This document shows, in pieces, positions 34,429 to 44,193 of a stretch of DNA of 64,000 bases (positions are counted from its first letter, which is position 1; each line of letters begins with the position of its first letter). Both the position numbers and the translations under genes were made by a program. The notes under the pieces were generated by a model. The model made no database searches. It had not been told where the DNA came from and saw only the letters and a program-made list of their open reading frames with translations. Source of the stretch: an uncultured Acidobacteriota bacterium (lineage in GTDB: Bacteria; Acidobacteriota; JAQAZP01); assembly GCA_963836075.1 (NCBI GenBank), contig CAWIIB010000001.1, positions 1,792,001 through 1,856,000 of the forward strand. The letters are read 5' to 3'.

Positions 34429-36861
34429 TCAGTCGAGGTAGCCCAGCGCCTTGAGCTGTTCCACCTGCTCGCCGGAAAGCGGGTGGTCCTCCCCCGTTTC
34501 CGGGCCACCCGGAGCGGCCTCCGGCTGGAGGGCGCCGGACATGGCCCGGCGGAGCAGCTGCCCCATCCGGGCGGCCAGGCCGGGATCGGCGGCGGCCAGG
34601 TTCTCCCGCTCCGCCGGGTCGGCGGAGAGCAGGAAGAGCCCGGGCACCGCCGGCGGCACCACGCCGGACAGCGGGCCTTCCTCCACTGCCGCACCGCCGG
34701 CCAGCGGCTCGATATACTTGATTCCGTCCGCGATGACACAGGCCTGGGGCGTGATCTCGGGGTGCAGCGGCGCCCGCTGCAGGTCGGCGAGGATGGGGAT
34801 GGTGCGGGAGACGGCGCCCCCGGCAATCAGCGGCCGCAGGCTCACCCCGTCGGCCGCGCCCGCCCAGGGCACACCCAGCAGGTCGGCCGCCGTTGGCGGC
34901 AGGTCCACCGTGCTCACCGCTTCGTCCACCACCACCAGGCCCTTGCCGGCGGTCTCCGGGCTGTGGACCAGCAGCGGCACCTCCAGCATCTCGTTGTGCA
35001 GCGAGTGGCCGTGGGCCCCGAACAGCTGGTGCCGGTCCCACAACTCCTCCCCGTGGTCGCTGAGGATCACCACCACGGTGTTGCGGCGCAACCCGGTTTC
35101 GGCCAGGGTGTCCAGCAGGTCGGCGGTGGCCTCGGTGGCGTGAAACACTCCGCTGTCGTAGGCCGCCTGGACATAGGTCCGCTCCTCAGCGGTGAGTCGT
35201 GCCCCGGTGTTTGCCTCGCGGTTGAGCAACGGCTCCCCGGCGGAGAGGTCCCCCAGGCGGCCCCGGGGCAGGCCGCGGCAGAAGGTGTCCCGGGTGTACG
35301 GCCGGTGGGTCTCGTAGGTGTGGACGAAGAGGAAGAACGGCCCGCCGTCCCACTGCCGGAGCCACTGCCCGGCCTGGGGAAAGGAGCCCTCCACCTTGCC
35401 GAAGCCGCTGCTCCAGCGGTATTCGTGAAAACCCTGCTCCATCCCGGGCACCGCCACCATGCCGCCGCCGGTGAAGGCGGCACAGTAGTAGCCCTGGTCC
35501 CGCAGGACCTCGGCCAGCATGGTGGTGCTCTGGGGAATCAGCCGCACCCCGTGGAAGTCGAGGTAGCGGGAGGACATGAACTTGGCGGTGGCCGGGACGG
35601 TCCAGGGCGAAGCCGACCAGGCCCGGCGGAAGAGCGCGAACCCCCACTCCTCGAGGGAGCGGTCCAGGCGCTCTGAAGTGGGCCGCCCGGTATAGCCGTA
35701 ACAGCCCAGACGGTCGGCGCGCAGGGTGTCCAGCACCACAAGCACCAGGTTCGGCGCCTCCACCGCACGCTTCTGCGGCGGCAGAAGCACCGGTTCGGCG
35801 ATGCCGATGGCCCCCTGGTACCCGGCGTGGGTCAGGCGAATCCGCCCGGCTTCACCTGTCCAATGCGGCAGATCGGCGGTGAGGGATGACCACTCCCCCG
35901 CCGGCAGGTCGTTCTTTCCCCAGTAGCGCACCCTGGTCCAGGCGCCGTCGATTTCCTGCTCCAGGTTGAGCCAGGCGTCCAGACCCGCGTCACCGGGGGG
36001 CCGCACGGAATGAAAGGCCAGCCGGCTCTCCGCCCCGCCGGGGGGCAGCTGAAACTCCAGCGCGTCCCCTGGGGAGAGCACGGCGCAGCGGGCGGTCATG
36101 CCGAAACGGGAGACCCGGACCAGCCGGCGGAACGCGGCGCCGTGGAAGAGCAGCGAGCTGTCGCCGCCGCCGAAGCGGAGGAAGTGCCGGGCCCGATCCC
36201 TCTCCTCGGATGACGTACCGGCGCCGGCCACCAGGACATCGACCGAGAGCAGTTTCAGGGGTGTGCCCGGCTCCTGCTTGTGAACGATTTCGATGCGCTC
36301 CGCCCCGCCTTGCGGTACCGGCCGGGAATGGGGATCACATTCACCGGGTGGACCGCCAATGTGCCACCGGCCTGCTTCCCCGTACTCCCGCACGATGCGG
36401 GCCGCCGTCCCCTCCTCCCCGTCGCCCAGCATGTAGGCCGCGGCCCCCTCGGGTTCCTGGCGCCCGGAAGAGCCGAGCCGGTTCTTCGGATAGCGGAAGC
36501 AATAGACCAGCCACTCTCCGGCCTGCAGTTGCACCGGCAGGCTGAGGGTGGACAGTTCTTTCGTCTGGATCAGCGCGCCGCTGCGGATCAGGGCGCGGAT
36601 GGCGGCCGGCTCCTCGTTGGCCAGCTCGGTGGCCGGCCGCCGGACCCCGTCCCGCACCACGGCCAGCCCCTGGGCCTCGGCGAACCAGGCGGGGTCGATC
36701 CCCGGCAGGGCCACCGGCCGCCAGGGGCCGGGCGGTTCGTCGGCGTCCAGCTGGCGGTCCAGGCTCGTGGTGGGAAACGGCTGGGGCGACGAACAACCGG
36801 CAGCGGCACAGAGAACAAAAACCGCCAGCAGCGCAGCCATGGCGGGGACCGGTGGGCTCAC
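34429..36861 (-). CDS. Sulfatase-like hydrolase/transferase, lipoprotein
   Basis: GTGA overlap with the upstream stop; lipobox-like AAGC; LDTLRADRLGCYGY, SPWTVPAT, ETHRPY, LSDHGEEL, LKALGYLD. Confidence 0.85.
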   Translation of the reverse strand: MSPPVPAMAALLAVFVLCAAAGCSSPQPFPTTSLDRQLDADEPPGPWRPVALPGIDPAWFAEAQGLAVVRDGVRRPATELANEEPAAIRALIRSGALIQTKELSTLSLPVQLQAGEWLVYCFRYPKNRLGSSGRQEPEGAAAYMLGDGEEGTAARIVREYGEAGRWHIGGPPGECDPHSRPVPQGGAERIEIVHKQEPGTPLKLLSVDVLVAGAGTSSEERDRARHFLRFGGGDSSLLFHGAAFRRLVRVSRFGMTARCAVLSPGDALEFQLPPGGAESRLAFHSVRPPGDAGLDAWLNLEQEIDGAWTRVRYWGKNDLPAGEWSSLTADLPHWTGEAGRIRLTHAGYQGAIGIAEPVLLPPQKRAVEAPNLVLVVLDTLRADRLGCYGYTGRPTSERLDRSLEEWGFALFRRAWSASPWTVPATAKFMSSRYLDFHGVRLIPQSTTMLAEVLRDQGYYCAAFTGGGMVAVPGMEQGFHEYRWSSGFGKVEGSFPQAGQWLRQWDGGPFFLFVHTYETHRPYTRDTFCRGLPRGRLGDLSAGEPLLNREANTGARLTAEERTYVQAAYDSGVFHATEATADLLDTLAETGLRRNTVVVILSDHGEELWDRHQLFGAHGHSLHNEMLEVPLLVHSPETAGKGLVVVDEAVSTVDLPPTAADLLGVPWAGAADGVSLRPLIAGGAVSRTIPILADLQRAPLHPEITPQACVIADGIKYIEPLAGGAAVEEGPLSGVVPPAVPGLFLLSADPAERENLAAADPGLAARMGQLLRRAMSGALQPEAAPGGPETGEDHPLSGEQVEQLKALGYLD

Positions 36862-37937
36862 GGGGAAACCTCTTCCGTGGTCCGGGCCATACGCTGCGCC
36901 ATCCACGGTTCCTGGAGGATCCCGGCCTTGCGCATGCCGCGGAGGAACAGCTGGGCGATGAAGGCGTGCCCCTCGATGTTGGGGTGGCCGTCCTTGCCCT
37001 TGATGATCCAGTAGTCGGTGATGTCCTCGGTCTTGCGCCGCTTGAGCCGGCCCCGCATCTCCCCGAAGTAGTCGAGGTAGATAAAGCCGTTGTCGGCAAA
37101 GGCCTGGCGGAGGTCGGTGTCCAGCGGGCTGCGGGGGTGCTTCTTGTAGGAGAGGTCCACCTTGCTCACGTAGTAGGTGCCGATCACCGGGATGCCGCGG
37201 GGCTCGGTGAGCTCCCGCAGTTTCTCCAGTTCGTCCAGGGCGCGGCCCACCCCGCCCCAGGCCTGCTGCACCGCCTCGGTCTGGCCCCGCAGGAACCGCA
37301 GGGTGGCCAACCCCCGGGCCTCTTCCGCCGCCGGGGCGTCGACAAAGTTGGAGGTGGAAAAATCGTTGTCCACAAAAACCAGCAGCACCACGTCGGGGTC
37401 GTAGGCCAGGCCGCGGGCGGCGAAGTCAGCCACCTCCTGGGCGGTGTTGTAGGCCGGCACGCCGAAGTTGAGCACCTCGTACTGCTGCCCGTCCGGCCGC
37501 TGGTTGAGCCGCTGCTCCATTTTCTGGGTGAAGGTGTCCTCCAGGTGTACACCCCAGCCAAAGGTCACCGAGTCGCCCAGCACGGCAATACGCCAGGTGC
37601 CGGCCGGCTTCTCCAGGGTCCGTTCGCGGTCGCGGTAGCCGTGGCTGTTGATCCGGATCTGCACCCCCTTGAACAGGGCTTCCAGGCCGGGCTTGAGCTC
37701 GAAGATGGTCCCCGGTACGTCCGAGGCCCGCACCAGTCCCTTGACGCTGTGCACGTGGGTCCCGGGATCGGGCATCACCCGCTCCGACTCGGCCAGCGCC
37801 TCCTCCAGGGTCTTCCCCGCCCCGGGCCTGCGGCTCTCGAGGAAGTTCAGCACCGCTTCCAGGGCGATAAAACAGAGCAGCAGGGTAAAGCAGAGCAGGG
37901 CCAGATTCTTCAGCAGCTCTTTCGACCGTACCGTCAT
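36858..37937 (-). CDS. Membrane-anchored SGNH/GDSL hydrolase family protein
   Basis: N-terminal TM; INSHGYRD, LGDSVTFG, NFGVPAY, FVDND, DGHPNIEGH. Confidence 0.88.
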   Translation of the reverse strand: MTVRSKELLKNLALLCFTLLLCFIALEAVLNFLESRRPGAGKTLEEALAESERVMPDPGTHVHSVKGLVRASDVPGTIFELKPGLEALFKGVQIRINSHGYRDRERTLEKPAGTWRIAVLGDSVTFGWGVHLEDTFTQKMEQRLNQRPDGQQYEVLNFGVPAYNTAQEVADFAARGLAYDPDVVLLVFVDNDFSTSNFVDAPAAEEARGLATLRFLRGQTEAVQQAWGGVGRALDELEKLRELTEPRGIPVIGTYYVSKVDLSYKKHPRSPLDTDLRQAFADNGFIYLDYFGEMRGRLKRRKTEDITDYWIIKGKDGHPNIEGHAFIAQLFLRGMRKAGILQEPWMAQRMARTTEEVSP

Positions 37938-37948
37938 GCCCTATCCCC

Positions 37949-39649
37949 TCAAAAGTTCCCGCCCGCCACGTTCACACCGTGAGTGACGTACGGCGGAAAG
38001 GCGGAAAGCGAATAGTCGATGGTCACCGACCCGGCGTCATAGCCGAAGACCCGGATCATGCTGTCCCGCCCGGGGTCGGGCCCGCAACCGGCCAGGATCT
38101 CGGCCCGGCCGTCACCGTCCAGGTCGGCGCCGGCAAAAATCCGCGCCCCGTATCGCGCATCGTCCGGCAGCCAGGCCAGGAAGTTGCACCCGGCCAGCGG
38201 GGTCAGCGCGGAACCGTCGTGGTTCCACCCGCGGAGATGAGCGGCAAAGGCGGGGGATGGCCCCGGAGCAGTGACGATCTCGTCCATCCCGTCACCGTCC
38301 ACATCCCCGCAGCTGACCACTGCGCCGTAGTGTCTGGACCCGTAAGCCATGAAGCTCACCGACGGCATGGCGGCCGCGGCGCCGCCGTCCACGTTCCAGC
38401 CCCGGACGTGGGGGCCGAAGACACTCCCCGGGCCCGGCGCGGTGACGATCTCGTCGAACCCGTCACCGTCGATGTCGCCGGCCGCCACATTGACCCCCCA
38501 GTGCAGGGTGCCGTATGCCATCAGGTTGACCCCGGATAGCGCGTTCACCGGCGGCGTTCCGTCATAGTCGAAGGCGCGCAGGTGCGGGCCGAAAACCGCG
38601 CCCGGCCCGGCGCCGGTGACGATCTCGTCCAAACCGTCGCCGTCGATGTCGCCGACGGCCACATTGACCCCGAACTTCTGTGTGCCGTAGGCCGAGAAGT
38701 TCAGCCCGGGCAGCGGCGTGCCGTCCATGGCGAAGCCCCGGACATGGGGCCCGTAGATCTCGCCCGGCCCGGCGCCGGTGATGATCTCGTCCACCCCGCC
38801 GTCCACGTCGCCGCAGGTGACGTTGACCCCGTAGCGGGAGGCGCCGTAGGCCGGGAACTCGTAGTCGTAGCCGGGGTCCTGCCGCGCCTCGAAGACGCGA
38901 ACATTGGGCGGGTTGTCATACCCCGGGCCGGGACCGGCCACCACCGCCGCGCGCTCCACGGTCACCGGGCAGGCCCCCCAGCCGCTGAAGGCCGGCGCGG
39001 CCATCTGGCTCACCACCTGCCCCTGGTAATCGAAGCTGAAGATGCTGCCCACCGTGTCACCCGATTCGGCGGTCCAGAAATGCTCCCCGTCGAAGCTCAG
39101 ACCCCGGCAGCGCGTGGTGGGCGGCGCAAAAGCCCGCTCCGTCAGCTCGGTGAGCGCGGGCCAGCCCGAAACGTCCCAGCAGCGCATGGTTTCGCCGTCC
39201 AGGGTCCAGAGATACTCCCCGTCCCATGTGCTGCCGAAGACATCGCCGTCAAAAGAGGCGGTGGAGTCGTAGTCGCCCTCCAGGTTGTAGCGCCGAAAAT
39301 CCCACTCCTTGATGTAGAACCAGGTGCCGTCGCAGGCGACATCGTAAAAGACGATCAGCGAGATGTCGGTGATCAGCGGCGTGCGCTGGCCGGTGTCGAG
39401 GTTGAGGCGGACCACCTTGGGCTGGAACGACTCCACCACGTATACCTCGCCGTCCACCACCTCCACGTCCGCGGCGTAGAAGTTGAACGCCTCGTACATG
39501 TCGCGGATGGAGCCGTCGGGCCGCAGAACATAGATGCGGGAATCGAAACTCTGGTGAGCGGTGAAGACCACCAGTTCCTCAGCCGCAGCCGGGTCGGCAG
39601 CGGAGGAGAGGGTCAGCACGACCATCAGCAGAAAACTCCACCTGTTCAT
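37949..39649 (-). CDS. Secreted beta-propeller protein (glutaminyl-cyclase-like repeats) with C-terminal FG-GAP-like module
   Basis: Signal peptide; repeats CDGTWFY, TWDGEYLW, SFDGEHFW; five FG-GAP-like repeats; ends VAGGNF; RBS AAGGAGG. Confidence 0.78.
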   Translation of the reverse strand: MNRWSFLLMVVLTLSSAADPAAAEELVVFTAHQSFDSRIYVLRPDGSIRDMYEAFNFYAADVEVVDGEVYVVESFQPKVVRLNLDTGQRTPLITDISLIVFYDVACDGTWFYIKEWDFRRYNLEGDYDSTASFDGDVFGSTWDGEYLWTLDGETMRCWDVSGWPALTELTERAFAPPTTRCRGLSFDGEHFWTAESGDTVGSIFSFDYQGQVVSQMAAPAFSGWGACPVTVERAAVVAGPGPGYDNPPNVRVFEARQDPGYDYEFPAYGASRYGVNVTCGDVDGGVDEIITGAGPGEIYGPHVRGFAMDGTPLPGLNFSAYGTQKFGVNVAVGDIDGDGLDEIVTGAGPGAVFGPHLRAFDYDGTPPVNALSGVNLMAYGTLHWGVNVAAGDIDGDGFDEIVTAPGPGSVFGPHVRGWNVDGGAAAAMPSVSFMAYGSRHYGAVVSCGDVDGDGMDEIVTAPGPSPAFAAHLRGWNHDGSALTPLAGCNFLAWLPDDARYGARIFAGADLDGDGRAEILAGCGPDPGRDSMIRVFGYDAGSVTIDYSLSAFPPYVTHGVNVAGGNF

Positions 39650-39943
39650 CCTGTGCCTCCTTGTGCCCTGGTCCGCCGGCGCACCCGGCCCCCATCCCTG
39701 ATCACCCGATTATCGCAGGTCGCCACCCGCGGCCGCAAATCAGGCCGGGTCACCCGCCCCCGAGTTACCAGATCGTAATGCAAAAACCTGCTTTCGTAAT
39801 GGGATGAACTCACCCGCCGGAGCCGGCGGCCACAGAGGGGGATGGAGCCGCGCGAGCTAGTCGAGGGCAACTGACAAGGAATCAGCCCCTTGGAAACGGG
39901 ACGGCGACACGGCGGTCTTTCTGGAACACTTTTTGCTACTTTG

Positions 39944-40069
39944 ATGAGCCGACATGTGACCCCGGCTCCCTTCAACCGGCCTCCTTATTCCCCCTCCGGC
40001 GACACGGCCGCAGCCAGCTGCACCGTGATCGGGCACAACCAGGAAGGGGACCCTGGCCGGCGGCGGTGA
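39944..40069 (+). pseudogene. Orphan fragment of a PYNQPPYPPAGDT-type C-terminal domain
   Basis: Translates as MSRHVTPAPFNRPPYSPSGDTAAASCTVIGHNQEGDPGRRR*, matching the C-terminus DTTASPYNQPPYPPAGDTDSSACYIVG of the convergent gene; in-frame stop upstream at 39872. Confidence 0.65.
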
Positions 40070-40095
40070 CGGCCCCCGCCGGCCGGGAACTTTTT
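40051..40095 (+). terminator. Plus-strand intrinsic terminator-like hairpin
   Basis: CCTGGCCGGCGG...CCGCCGGCCGGG followed by AACTTTTT. Confidence 0.55.
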
Positions 40096-40120
40096 CTCAG
40101 CACAATGTGGCGGAGTGAAC

Positions 40121-40151
40121 CCGCGGGAGGGGGCCGTTCCCCCTCCCGCGG
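40121..40151 (-). terminator. 13-bp perfect hairpin downstream of the protease gene
   Basis: CCGCGGGAGGGGG-CCGTT-CCCCCTCCCGCGG, 12 nt past the stop; no strong U-tract. Confidence 0.6.
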
Positions 40152-40163
40152 ACCTGGGGAGTG

Positions 40164-42698
40164 CTACTTCGAAGTGCCCACGATGTAGCAGGCGGAGCTG
40201 TCGGTGTCGCCCGCCGGCGGGTAGGGCGGCTGGTTGTACGGGCTGGCCGTGGTGTCCATGGCCAGCAGGGTGAAGACGTTGGTTCCCACCAGCGAACCGA
40301 GCGACGGCAGGTTTGTGTTCCAGGAGGTGTTGAAGACGCCGCCGGCGGCGACGTTGGTGTACCCCGCCCGCCAGCCGCCAATGTAGAGGCCGCCGGCGAG
40401 GTTGATGTTGATCCGCCCCGAGATGGTCCGGGTGAACCCGCCGTACAGGTTCTCCAGGGTGACATACATCGAGGTGGTGAAGGGCAGCACCCCGCTGTCC
40501 GGTATGCAGGCCATGGTGGCGCTCACCGTGTCGGTGATATCGGACGAGGTGGTGGCGCAGGCCGCCGATCCGTAAGCTGTCTCGATACCGTCCCCGTTGC
40601 GGGCCTTGACCCGGAAGCAGTACTGGACACCGGACGTCAGCCCCTGGGCGGCAATGGTGCCCCAGGCGGCGTCGGTCCGCCAGACCTCAGCGGCGCTGGG
40701 GTTCCCGGCCGCGTCCACAAAGCGGTTGAGCCAGGTCCCGTCAGCGGTGGAGGAGCACTGGATGGCGAACACGGTTCCCGAGGGGTTGCCGTTGGCGTTG
40801 ACGTTGATGTTCAGGGTGGAGGTGGTGGGGCCGTTCACCGTTGGGGTCGCCGGCGTGTTGGCCAGGGTGTAGGCCGATGCCGAACTGCTCCAGCTGGTCT
40901 CGTTGGGTGTGGCGGCACTGTCCCGGGCCTGCACCTGGTAGGAGTAGCTGGTGTTCACGGCCAGGCCGCCCTGGGAGAAGGTACGCGAACTCTGCCAGGC
41001 GCTGTTGCCGTTGAAGCTGGAGTTGAAGCGATACTCCACCGGCGGCGAAGCGGCGTCGGTGGCGGTGACGCAGAGCATGGAGAGCGAGGTGGTGCCGGTG
41101 GCGTAGGGCACGGTGGTCCACTGCATGGGGTTCGGCGTGGGCGGTGTGGTGTCGCCGCCGCCGCTGGTCACCGTGATGGTGTAGTCCTCCACCTCGCCGT
41201 AGCTGGTGGAGCCGCAGGCATACGGGGTCGGGTCGTATTCTCCGTCCATGATCCGCACCCGCATCCGGGTGGCGCCCAGCGCGGCCCCGCCCGGCGGGGT
41301 AACGGTGACGGTGTACGGCCCGAGGCCGATCCAGCTGGTGGTGATGGTTTCGCCGGCGTCATCGAAGTCCTCGTCCTGGTTCCAGTCGACCCACATCCCC
41401 CCGATGTCGGTAGGCCATTCGGTGTTGAGGGTGATCGTCGTCAGGTAGCCGCCGCCGATGTTCATCTCGGTGGACTGGCCGGTGTAGTCGCTGTACCCCG
41501 AGGCGCCGCTGCTGTTGTCAATGGTTCCCATCTGGACCCGCTCGATGTACTCATAGGACGAGCTGCTGGAGCTGGCCGAGCAGTAGCCCCCGCCTCCCCC
41601 TCCGCAGAGCGAATCGCGGGCCGCCTCGAAGGCCGAGAGGTCGATGCGGGTGGCGTAGTTCTCGCAGGAGAAGGAGCAGTGGGTGATGATGCCGATGATC
41701 TCGTCGTTCTTCAGCAGCGCCGAGCCGGAGTTGCCGTAGGTCATGTCGAGGTCGAAGCCGTAGTAGGTGCTGGTGCGGTAGAGGACGTCGCCGCTGTGCG
41801 TCTGCTGCACCTGGCTGCGGGTGGGGTCGCTGTTGTCCACGCCGTAGCCCCAGTTGTCACAGGGGTCGCCGGAGTTGGCCAGGGCGGCGGCGATGGGCCG
41901 CATCTCCCCGTAGCGCTCGTAGGGCGTCTGGCCCAGGTTGTTTGTGCCCACGGTCATCACCGCCCAGTCGGCGCCCACGCCGTTGTTGACGAACTGGTGC
42001 GCGGTGATCGGGAACTGGTCGGCCACCGGCGGGTTGTAGGTATAGCAGCTGGAGGAGGAGGCGGGCACGTTGAACTGCAGCGTGTCGTCGTAATTGCCGT
42101 CGGCGCAGTGGCCGGCGGATACGACGCAGCTGTCTTCAGAGACGATGGACCCGGTGCAGCCCACCGGCACGATCCGCCCGCACCAGAGTTCGCTGGACAG
42201 GGAACGGTTGTCAGCGCCGCAGATGCCGCAGTCGTCATCGGCGCAGGGCCCGCGGGTCACCTCGACGATGTGCACCGACACCCGGTCGATCACCACCCGG
42301 TTCTTTTCGGTGCCGGGCCAGGCGATCAGCTCGAGGTAAACCTCATTGCCGTTGAAGTAGGCCGAGGTGTAGTTCCACATCGCCAGGGCATCGGCGTCCA
42401 GCTCCTGCACTTCGCCGTCAAAGAGCGAGGTCATCCGGATCAGGCTGCCCTCATCCAGCTTGACCTTGCCGAAGTAGAGCCGCATCCAGGCGGCATCCTT
42501 TACCGTGATCAGCTCCTCGAAGGCGATCTCCGGCTGGGGGCCCCGGTTGGCCAGCACGCCGCTGTCCAGTTCATAGGTTTTGAACTCACCAGTGGGCCAG
42601 TCCAGCGTCGACTGGGCCGCAGCCGGCACCGAAACGGCGGCACAGAGCAGGCCGACCAGCAACACGTTAACCAATCCTCTTCGAATGCTCAGGTCCAT
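40164..42698 (-). CDS. Secreted trypsin-like serine protease with GEVED, FN3-like and an unassigned C-terminal domain
   Basis: Signal peptide; triad SAGHC, ADWA, GNSGS; WVDWNQD...YGEVEDY; FN3-like YSYQVQARD and YCFRVKARN; C-terminal domain of about 120 aa. Confidence 0.88.
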   Translation of the reverse strand: MDLSIRRGLVNVLLVGLLCAAVSVPAAAQSTLDWPTGEFKTYELDSGVLANRGPQPEIAFEELITVKDAAWMRLYFGKVKLDEGSLIRMTSLFDGEVQELDADALAMWNYTSAYFNGNEVYLELIAWPGTEKNRVVIDRVSVHIVEVTRGPCADDDCGICGADNRSLSSELWCGRIVPVGCTGSIVSEDSCVVSAGHCADGNYDDTLQFNVPASSSSCYTYNPPVADQFPITAHQFVNNGVGADWAVMTVGTNNLGQTPYERYGEMRPIAAALANSGDPCDNWGYGVDNSDPTRSQVQQTHSGDVLYRTSTYYGFDLDMTYGNSGSALLKNDEIIGIITHCSFSCENYATRIDLSAFEAARDSLCGGGGGGYCSASSSSSSYEYIERVQMGTIDNSSGASGYSDYTGQSTEMNIGGGYLTTITLNTEWPTDIGGMWVDWNQDEDFDDAGETITTSWIGLGPYTVTVTPPGGAALGATRMRVRIMDGEYDPTPYACGSTSYGEVEDYTITVTSGGGDTTPPTPNPMQWTTVPYATGTTSLSMLCVTATDAASPPVEYRFNSSFNGNSAWQSSRTFSQGGLAVNTSYSYQVQARDSAATPNETSWSSSASAYTLANTPATPTVNGPTTSTLNINVNANGNPSGTVFAIQCSSTADGTWLNRFVDAAGNPSAAEVWRTDAAWGTIAAQGLTSGVQYCFRVKARNGDGIETAYGSAACATTSSDITDTVSATMACIPDSGVLPFTTSMYVTLENLYGGFTRTISGRININLAGGLYIGGWRAGYTNVAAGGVFNTSWNTNLPSLGSLVGTNVFTLLAMDTTASPYNQPPYPPAGDTDSSACYIVGTSK

Positions 42699-42940
42699 GG
42701 TTCTCGAGACCTCCAGAAATTTGTGATAGACAGGGCGGCGAATACACTTACGGGACCGTCCAACCCACTCTGTTCGGAAAGCGATGGCTTCATCGAAAAA
42801 CAGAAGCGGCGGCCGGAAAGCTGGAAAAAGTGGCCGGATCTCACGGCGTCAAATTCCCGCTTACTTGCCACTAATATAGGGAAATAGCCGTGATTCCGTC
42901 AAGTTGACAGGAAAACAGGTGAGAAGAGCCGGCAGCGACG

Positions 42941-44029
42941 CTATCGGGGCTCGGATGAGGTCATGGAACCGCTTCGCGGCATTTCCTTGAGGTAGACGTC
43001 GTGCTTGTTGAAGGGGATCTCGATGCCCGCCGCCGAAAACGCCTTGTAGACCCGGGTGTTCAGCGCGTCCACCACCCGGCCGCGGAACACCGGTTCGTCG
43101 ATCCAGGCCAGCAGCTCGAAGCGGACCCCCGAATCGCCGAACTCGCGAAAGCGCACCCGCGGCTCGGGTGTGTCCGAAAGGTGCTCCACGCCCTCCACGC
43201 AGGAGAGCAGGAGCTCCCGAACCTGATCCACGTCGCTGCCATAGGCGGCATTGACGCTGACCCGCACCCGCATCTTCATGTGCGGGCCGCCGGCCTCGTT
43301 GACGATCTGGGCGTTGGCGATCAGGGCGTTGGGCACGATGACCTCGATGTCGTCCCGGGTCAGCACCCGGGTGGAGCGCACGCCGATTTCGGTGACCCGG
43401 CCACGGATCCGGTCGTCCAGATTGACGAAATCGCCAAGTTTGTAAGGCGTGTCGGCAAGGATGAAGACTCCGGCAAAAAGGTTGGCCAGGGTGTCCTTGG
43501 CCGCAAAACCCACCGCGATACCCACCACGCCGGCGGAGGCGATCCAGGAGGTGACATTGATGTTCCAGGCGACGAGGAAGAGGTAGAAGGCGCCGCCGAT
43601 GATGATCACCCGCGAGCTGATCTCGAACAGGGGCAGGGTCTTGGGCTGAATCCAGAAAACGCGGTCGATGGACCGGCTGAGCAGTTCGAGGACAATGCTG
43701 GCCAGCCGCGAGGCGCCCACCAGCCAGACCAGAATGGCCATGGTCTTGATCAGCCCCAGCAGGATGTAGCGGGTGGAGGGCTCGAACCCCAGGTCCAATA
43801 CCACCAGGGCCAGGCCGGTGAGGACGATGCTCGTGAACACCGGACCGCGGATCACCAGCACCATCTTGTCATCAACGTCGGTTGCTGTTTTGCGGCTCAG
43901 GGCCAGGACCACACGGGCCAGCACAAACCTGGAAATGATGGCCAGCAAAAGCGCCACGGCCATGATCAGCCCCGACCTGACCATCGGCAATTGCAGCATC
44001 GGCCGAAAATCCGCATAGAGTTGTTCCAT
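42941..44029 (-). CDS. MscS family mechanosensitive channel
   Basis: GIAVGFAAKDTLANLFAG, PYKLGD, GRVTEIGVRSTR, VPNA, AYGSD, GIEIPF. Confidence 0.92.
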   Translation of the reverse strand: MEQLYADFRPMLQLPMVRSGLIMAVALLLAIISRFVLARVVLALSRKTATDVDDKMVLVIRGPVFTSIVLTGLALVVLDLGFEPSTRYILLGLIKTMAILVWLVGASRLASIVLELLSRSIDRVFWIQPKTLPLFEISSRVIIIGGAFYLFLVAWNINVTSWIASAGVVGIAVGFAAKDTLANLFAGVFILADTPYKLGDFVNLDDRIRGRVTEIGVRSTRVLTRDDIEVIVPNALIANAQIVNEAGGPHMKMRVRVSVNAAYGSDVDQVRELLLSCVEGVEHLSDTPEPRVRFREFGDSGVRFELLAWIDEPVFRGRVVDALNTRVYKAFSAAGIEIPFNKHDVYLKEMPRSGSMTSSEPR

Positions 44030-44193
44030 GGTCCCCCCCCGTTCGGTGGCCTTGATCAATGAACGGAACAACTATAGCCCAAAACCTGTTTCCTGAGAAT
44101 TGACGTGTTTATTTTCACGTTGCCGCACGGTCGGTCGTTGGACAGTATGAAGCCGGAAGCAGTTCCGCTCCCGGCGTAAGGGAGGACAGGAAA

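Noticed and set aside
33282-34826. 514-aa extended squalene synthase, and similar 5' extensions at 51919, 57523 and 33339
   Set aside because: The extensions overlap upstream genes or repeats; the internal starts fit family length better and mostly have an RBS or stop-start coupling.
39646-39975. 109-aa minus-strand ORF with TAAGGAGG and an ATGA overlap
   Set aside because: The SD is the antisense of the Pro-Pro-Tyr codons of the plus-strand remnant and sits only 4 nt from a TTG. The product looks non-protein-like and the next gene has its own RBS.
39800-40000. 6S RNA or c-di-GMP-II riboswitch (GAGCTAGTCGAGGGCAACTGAC; long-range pairing)
   Set aside because: The matching pseudoknot and 5' consensus are absent, and the 3' half is explained by the coding remnant. 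An Rfam scan would settle it.
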